Assembly (NCBI GenBank): GCA_965223265.1
Contig: OZ244999.1
Location: 7,424,001-7,488,000 of the forward strand
Reading direction: 5' to 3'
DNA length: 64,000 bases
DNA from: Planctomycetota bacterium
Lineage (GTDB): Bacteria > Planctomycetota > UBA8108 > SXIK01
The notes under the pieces were generated by a model. It worked only from the letters and a program-made list of their open reading frames with translations, made no database searches and had not been told where the DNA came from. Shown piece after piece: positions 59,300 to 64,000 of this stretch. The number at the start of each line of letters is the position of its first letter. Positions within the stretch are counted from its first letter, which is position 1. The position numbers and the translations under genes were made by a program.

Positions 59300-60294
59300 G
59301 CGTCGCCTCCACTTTCGACGAGGTGACATCGCACCGCTCGACCGGGTGTGATTTCGCGCAGCTCCGGCTCCTCGCTGCGACAACGGTCGATGACATCCGG
59401 GCAGCGCGTACAGAACTTGCAGCCGCGCGGCAGCTCGAAGATCGACGGTACGTTGCCCTCGATCGTCGGCAGCGGTCTCCCGCGCTCGGCCTTGCTCGGA
59501 ATGCTGCGCAGCAGCCCCTGCGTGTACGGATGCAGCGGCGCATCGAAGAGCTCCGTGACCGATGCCATCTCCTGCACCTTGCCGCCGTACATGACGAGAA
59601 CGCGGTGGCACGTCTCGGCAACGACGGCGAGATCATGCGTGATCAGGATGATCGATGCCTCCTGACGTTCGATCTGCAGATCCCGCATGAGGTCGAGAAT
59701 CTGTGCCTGAATTGTGACGTCGAGGGCCGTGGTCGGTTCGTCCGCAATCAAGATAGCCGGCTGTGAGATCAGCGCCATGGCGATCATAACGCGTTGGCGC
59801 ATGCCGCCCGAGAACTGGTGCGGGTAGTCGCGCATACGTTTTTTGGCGTCGGGGATGCCGACGCGCTCGAGCATGTCGATGGCGCGCGCTTCAGCCTGCA
59901 CCTTGTCGACGTCCTCGTGATGGAGAAGCGCTTCGGTTACCTGATAGCCGATCGTGAAGACTGGATTGAGCGACGTCATCGGTTCCTGAAAGATCATCGA
60001 GATCTCTTTGCCGCGCACTTCCCGCATAGCGTCGTAGTCGAGCTCGAGCAGGTTACGGCCGCGGAGCAGGATCTCACCCGCGGCGATCTTCCCCGGTGGA
60101 TCGGGGATCAGCCGCAAGACGGAAAGCGCCGTCACGGACTTGCCAGATCCGGACTCGCCAACAATGCCGAGGACCTCGTCGGGAAAGACGCTGAAGCTGA
60201 CGCCGTCGACCGCCCACGCCTTGCGTCCGTCGACGTCGAACGACGTCCGCAGGTCGCGCACTTCAAGGATCGGTTCGGGAGGATTCTTGCTCAT
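59296..60294 (-). CDS. Oligopeptide ABC transporter ATP-binding protein (OppD-like)
   Basis: [16 protein letters not shown] and DEPTTALD. Confidence 0.93.
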   Translation of the reverse strand: MSKNPPEPILEVRDLRTSFDVDGRKAWAVDGVSFSVFPDEVLGIVGESGSGKSVTALSVLRLIPDPPGKIAAGEILLRGRNLLELDYDAMREVRGKEISMIFQEPMTSLNPVFTIGYQVTEALLHHEDVDKVQAEARAIDMLERVGIPDAKKRMRDYPHQFSGGMRQRVMIAMALISQPAILIADEPTTALDVTIQAQILDLMRDLQIERQEASIILITHDLAVVAETCHRVLVMYGGKVQEMASVTELFDAPLHPYTQGLLRSIPSKAERGRPLPTIEGNVPSIFELPRGCKFCTRCPDVIDRCRSEEPELREITPGRAVRCHLVESGGDA

Positions 60295-60342
60295 AGGTCG
60301 AGTCAGGGCGTAACGGTAACGATCGGCTCGAGCTGAACCGCG

Positions 60343-61464
60343 TCAGCGCAAACGCGAATACTCCTTGGGATCAAAGCTCTCGCGGATCGCTTCGCCGATC
60401 AGTACGACGAGGAGAAGCGTGGTGAACATGGCACCGAGCGGAAAGACAACCAAGTGCCACTTGAAGATGTGCGCCAAGCCTTGCCCCACGAGCTCACCCC
60501 AGCTCGGCGTCGGCGGACGCAATCCGAAACCGAGGAAGTCGAGCGCCACCAGCGAGCTGATCGAACCGACGAGCGCAAAGGGCGCGAAGCTGATGATCGG
60601 CGTCAGCGCGTTCGGAAAGATATGCCGCAGCATCACTGAGAGATTCGACTCGCCTTGCGCAATCGCTGCGGCGGTGTAGTCCTTCGCCTTTTCGCGATAG
60701 AACTCACCGCGCATGTAGAAGCTGATGCCGACCCAGCTGAACAGTGCAAGAATCGCGACAAGAAGCCACAGCGTCGGTTTGACGATCGCGCTGACGATCA
60801 TCACCGTATAGAGAAACGGGAGCCCAGCCCAAATCTCGACGAGCCGTTGACCATAGATGTCGATGCGGCCACCAAAAAACCCCAGGCAAGCGCCGACGCA
60901 GCTGCCGAGAAGATACGTCAGGCAAACCACGGCGATCCCGAACGTCATCGAGAGCCGAAAGCCGTACGCCAGACGGGCGAAAACGTCGCGGCCGCGGTCG
61001 TCCGTCCCCATCCAGTGTCCGAGGCTCGGCGGGTGCGGCGGATTCCCGGGCAGCTCGCGCAGGAGTGACTCGTTCGGATGAAACGGGTAGGGCGCAAGGA
61101 GCACCCAATTGTCTCCACCGGCGTCGCGAAACTCCTCCTGCAGCTGACGGTAGTTCGCCTCACCGATGCGCCGCTGCCCGAAGGAGCGAGCCTCGTAATG
61201 AGTTCCGAGCGCCGGGAAGAAATAGTCGCCCTCATACTTGACGATGAGCGCACGGCTGTTGATCAGCAGCGGCAGAAAAAAACTGACGACATAGAGGCCG
61301 GCGAGAAACAAAAACGCATACCAGCCGCGCTTGAGCGTGCGAAACTTGCGCCAGCGTCGACGGAGGACCGAGATCGACTTCTCGGGCGCCCGCTGCGGCG
61401 GCACTTGTTCGGTTGATTCAGCGCTGGGCTGTGTGGCTTCGTTCACGGTCGCTGTCAGTTGCAA
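60343..61464 (-). CDS. Peptide ABC transporter permease (OppC/YejE-like)
   Basis: HWMGTDDRGRD, EAA-loop-like region, HIFPN and PPTPSWG. Confidence 0.92.
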   Translation of the reverse strand: MQLTATVNEATQPSAESTEQVPPQRAPEKSISVLRRRWRKFRTLKRGWYAFLFLAGLYVVSFFLPLLINSRALIVKYEGDYFFPALGTHYEARSFGQRRIGEANYRQLQEEFRDAGGDNWVLLAPYPFHPNESLLRELPGNPPHPPSLGHWMGTDDRGRDVFARLAYGFRLSMTFGIAVVCLTYLLGSCVGACLGFFGGRIDIYGQRLVEIWAGLPFLYTVMIVSAIVKPTLWLLVAILALFSWVGISFYMRGEFYREKAKDYTAAAIAQGESNLSVMLRHIFPNALTPIISFAPFALVGSISSLVALDFLGFGLRPPTPSWGELVGQGLAHIFKWHLVVFPLGAMFTTLLLVVLIGEAIRESFDPKEYSRLR

Positions 61465-61467
61465 AGA

Positions 61468-62502
61468 CTAGTGGAATCGGATGCGGGGGTCGACCAAAAC
61501 GTAAAGGACATCGCTGAGAATGTTCCCCACGAGAACGAGGAGCGTGTTGATGACGAGAACGCCCATGACGACGGCGTAGTCTCGCTCAATGATCGACGTG
61601 TAGCCGAGGTAGCCGATGCCATCGATGTTGAAGACGCGCTCGATCAGATAGCTGCCGGCCATGATGATGCTGATCGCGTGCCCGAGCCCCGTGCAGATCG
61701 GGATGAGCGAATTGCGGAGGCCGTGGACAAAAATCACGCGCCGTTCGGAGAGTCCCTTGGCGAATGCCGTGCGGATGTAGTCCTGGCCAAAGTTCTCCAT
61801 GAGCGAGTTTTTCGTCAACACGGTGAGCGATGCGAAGCTGCCGACGGCGTAGCAAAGGACCGGCAAGATCGTGTGGTGCAGCTGATCGAGGATCTTGTCG
61901 ACGAGTCCAAGCTCGGCCCAGTTCTCGCTACGAAAACCGCCGAGCGGCACGAGGTCGAAGAAGCTGCCGCCGCCGAAGAGAACGAGCAGGACCGCGCCGA
62001 GTGCCCAGCCCGGGATCGAATAGCCGACGAAGATGAGCACGCTCGAAGCGAAATCGAAGACCCCTCCGTGGCGGATCGCCTTGAAGACTCCGAGCGGGAT
62101 GCAGACGAGATAGGCGAGTGAAAACCCGATGAGACCGAAGTACATACTGATCGGAAAGCGCGCCACGATGACGTCGATAACGGGCACGTTGTACTTGTAC
62201 GACTTGCCGAGGTCGAGGCGGACGACGTCCCAAAGCCAGAGCACGTAGGCGTGATACCACGCCTTGTCGAAATGGTAGTGGCGCTCGAGATCCTCGAGGA
62301 GCTCTTCCGGAATGCCGCCGACGAGCGTCTCGGTTGCACCTCCACCGCTGGCGCCCGCTTCCACTGCCCCCATCTGCATGCGCGCGATCATCTGCTCGAT
62401 CGGTCCACCGGGCACGAACCGCGTGATGGCAAAGACGAGCACGGTAATCCCAAGGAAGGTCGGGATCATGAGGAGGAGACGGCGAAGGAAATATGCAGCC
62501 AT
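61468..62502 (-). CDS. Peptide ABC transporter permease (OppB/YejB-like)
   Basis: RRLLLMIPTFLGI, PGGP, DLGKS, DYIRTAFAKGL and DPRI. Confidence 0.92.
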   Translation of the reverse strand: MAAYFLRRLLLMIPTFLGITVLVFAITRFVPGGPIEQMIARMQMGAVEAGASGGGATETLVGGIPEELLEDLERHYHFDKAWYHAYVLWLWDVVRLDLGKSYKYNVPVIDVIVARFPISMYFGLIGFSLAYLVCIPLGVFKAIRHGGVFDFASSVLIFVGYSIPGWALGAVLLVLFGGGSFFDLVPLGGFRSENWAELGLVDKILDQLHHTILPVLCYAVGSFASLTVLTKNSLMENFGQDYIRTAFAKGLSERRVIFVHGLRNSLIPICTGLGHAISIIMAGSYLIERVFNIDGIGYLGYTSIIERDYAVVMGVLVINTLLVLVGNILSDVLYVLVDPRIRFH

Positions 62503-62524
62503 GGAAGCTCGTAGCTAGCCGTTT

Positions 62525-64000
62525 CTAATTCCCAAGCTCAGAGCTTGTCTTCGACTTCTGCTGCTCAGCCGCGTTCCACGCCTGCCAGAAACGATCCTCC
62601 ACTTCGCCCGTCGGCAGTCGCTTCGAGGCGTCGGCGCGCGCGGCCGCCAGCTGCTGCTCCTTTTCGGGATCGACCCACCACGTAAAGACCAGCGAGTCGT
62701 AGTCGGCCGTGCGGCCGCCACCCCACTTGGGCATGCCGTACTTGTTCCAAAAGATGACTCGCTGCGACGGCAGGTACCAGCCGAGGACGTAGGGGTGTTC
62801 CTTGTAGATGAGGCCATCGATCTCGCGGATGATCTCGATGCGCTTGGCGATATCGTACTCGCGGTCATACGCAGCGCACAGTTCGTCAACACGAGCACTC
62901 TTGAAGCCGGTGGCGTTGTTGTTGTGCTTCTCGTCCGCGAGCCTGCTGTGGAAGCTCGTCTCCGGGTTTGGGAACACCAGCCCACCCCATGCCGCGTTCA
63001 TGAGCTCGTACTCCTTCTCGGTGAAGCTCTTCCAACCCGCCGCCGGAGTGACGAGCTCGAGCTCAAGGCGGATGCCAGCGCGCTTGCACGACTCTTGAAA
63101 GATCGTCAGGCTCGACTGCTGGAGCGACGTGCGGTAGGTGAGCGTCAGCGTGAATTCTTTGCCGTCCTTGACGCGGTAACCTTCGGCATTGAGCTCGCGC
63201 CAGCCAGCCTCTTCGAGCAGCTCCACGGCGCGGAATTCGTCGTACTCGACCTTGACGTTGCTCGAGTTTTGGTAGATGCCGCCCTGGTAGTAACTTGTGA
63301 GCGGCTCGTACTCGTTGTAGAAGAGCTTCTCGATCATGAGATCGCGGTCGTAGAGATGGGCTAGGGCCTTGCGAATGCGGATGTCGTCGAGCGGCGGCTT
63401 CTGCATGTTGATCGCAATACCGCTCGTACCGTTGGGGGCGTCGGTGTAGAACTTGCGCTTGAGGAGAAGGCCGCGCTGGACGCTCTCGAGCTTGTCGAGC
63501 TCTTCGACCCACCACTGTGCTCGCGGTACGACGAAGTAGTCGAGCTCTCCCTTCTTGATCATCTCAAAGGCGACGTTCGAGTCCCGCACGACCACGTACT
63601 TGAACTCATCGATATTAGCCAAACCAGCCCACGCAGGGTTCTCCTCATCCCACCAATTCTGTCTGCGTTTGATCGCAACTGATTGGTTCATGACGATGGA
63701 CGCATCGTCGACGCGGTAGGGGCCTGAGCTCGCCGGATACCGAAATTGGAACTTATCGAGATACTCGCCGCCCGGGATGGAGATGTCATGCGCAGGCAAA
63801 ATACGCGCCGTCGAGAAGTAGAGAAAATTGCGCCAATTCTCTTCTTTAACTCTCACTTCGACGATGTATTTCGACTTCGCTATCGGTTCCTCGAACTTGC
63901 CGAACGTGAGCTGCTGGCTGGGAAAGAGTATGTCTCGGTCCATCCGGAGCTTGTAGGTGGCAACAACGTCGGCGGCGGTGACCTCCTTGCCGTCGTTCCA
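62525..64000 (-). CDS. Family 5 extracellular solute-binding protein (YejA/OppA-like), 5' end outside the window
   Basis: The frame is open to the window edge (W.DGK.VTAADVV), with SGPY, DIRIRKAL and LLEEAGW. Confidence 0.88.
   Translation of the reverse strand, partial: WNDGKEVTAADVVATYKLRMDRDILFPSQQLTFGKFEEPIAKSKYIVEVRVKEENWRNFLYFSTARILPAHDISIPGGEYLDKFQFRYPASSGPYRVDDASIVMNQSVAIKRRQNWWDEENPAWAGLANIDEFKYVVVRDSNVAFEMIKKGELDYFVVPRAQWWVEELDKLESVQRGLLLKRKFYTDAPNGTSGIAINMQKPPLDDIRIRKALAHLYDRDLMIEKLFYNEYEPLTSYYQGGIYQNSSNVKVEYDEFRAVELLEEAGWRELNAEGYRVKDGKEFTLTLTYRTSLQQSSLTIFQESCKRAGIRLELELVTPAAGWKSFTEKEYELMNAAWGGLVFPNPETSFHSRLADEKHNNNATGFKSARVDELCAAYDREYDIAKRIEIIREIDGLIYKEHPYVLGWYLPSQRVIFWNKYGMPKWGGGRTADYDSLVFTWWVDPEKEQQLAAARADASKRLPTGEVEDRFWQAWNAAEQQKSKTSSELGN

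Noticed and set aside
1-64000. tRNA, rRNA, prophage or defence-island genes
   Set aside because: I saw no cloverleaf, rRNA signature, phage structural gene or integrase by eye. A tRNAscan/Infernal run would be needed to exclude small RNAs.

Overview
A GC-rich bacterial chromosomal window. The gene content suggests a Planctomycetota/PVC-like organism (inference): MoxR-DUF58-BatA/VWA-prenyltransferase-repeat genes, several FHA proteins, an OmcB/DUF11 lipoprotein and a pentapeptide-repeat protein. About 40 CDSs can be supported, mostly housekeeping or envelope genes: HU, class II aldolase-like, RsmB, DgoK, an LplT-Aas fusion, S41 protease, Adk, LpxL-like, MetE-like, AddB-like and a Yej/Opp ABC transporter. 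I saw no rRNA, tRNA or CRISPR. The standout feature is a small cassette present three times (about 18.2-19.1 kb, 25.5-26.9 kb and 27.1-28.0 kb). Each copy has a 107-aa four-helix-bundle gene of the Avd / 23S-IVP-like family. Each gene is preceded by a 121-124-nt nested-stem leader whose 42-nt core is identical in all three copies, although the proteins are only about 51-90% identical, and whose stems show compensatory changes. Each gene is followed by a hairpin and is embedded in 6/12-periodic simple repeats, with REP-like palindromes at one copy. Two of the cassettes sit at points where the moxR/VWA gene cluster is interrupted. A gene-less version of the repeat scaffold occurs at 58.1 kb, and a stack of three MITEs occurs at 45.0-45.6 kb. 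All calls come from reading motifs by eye; no searches were run.
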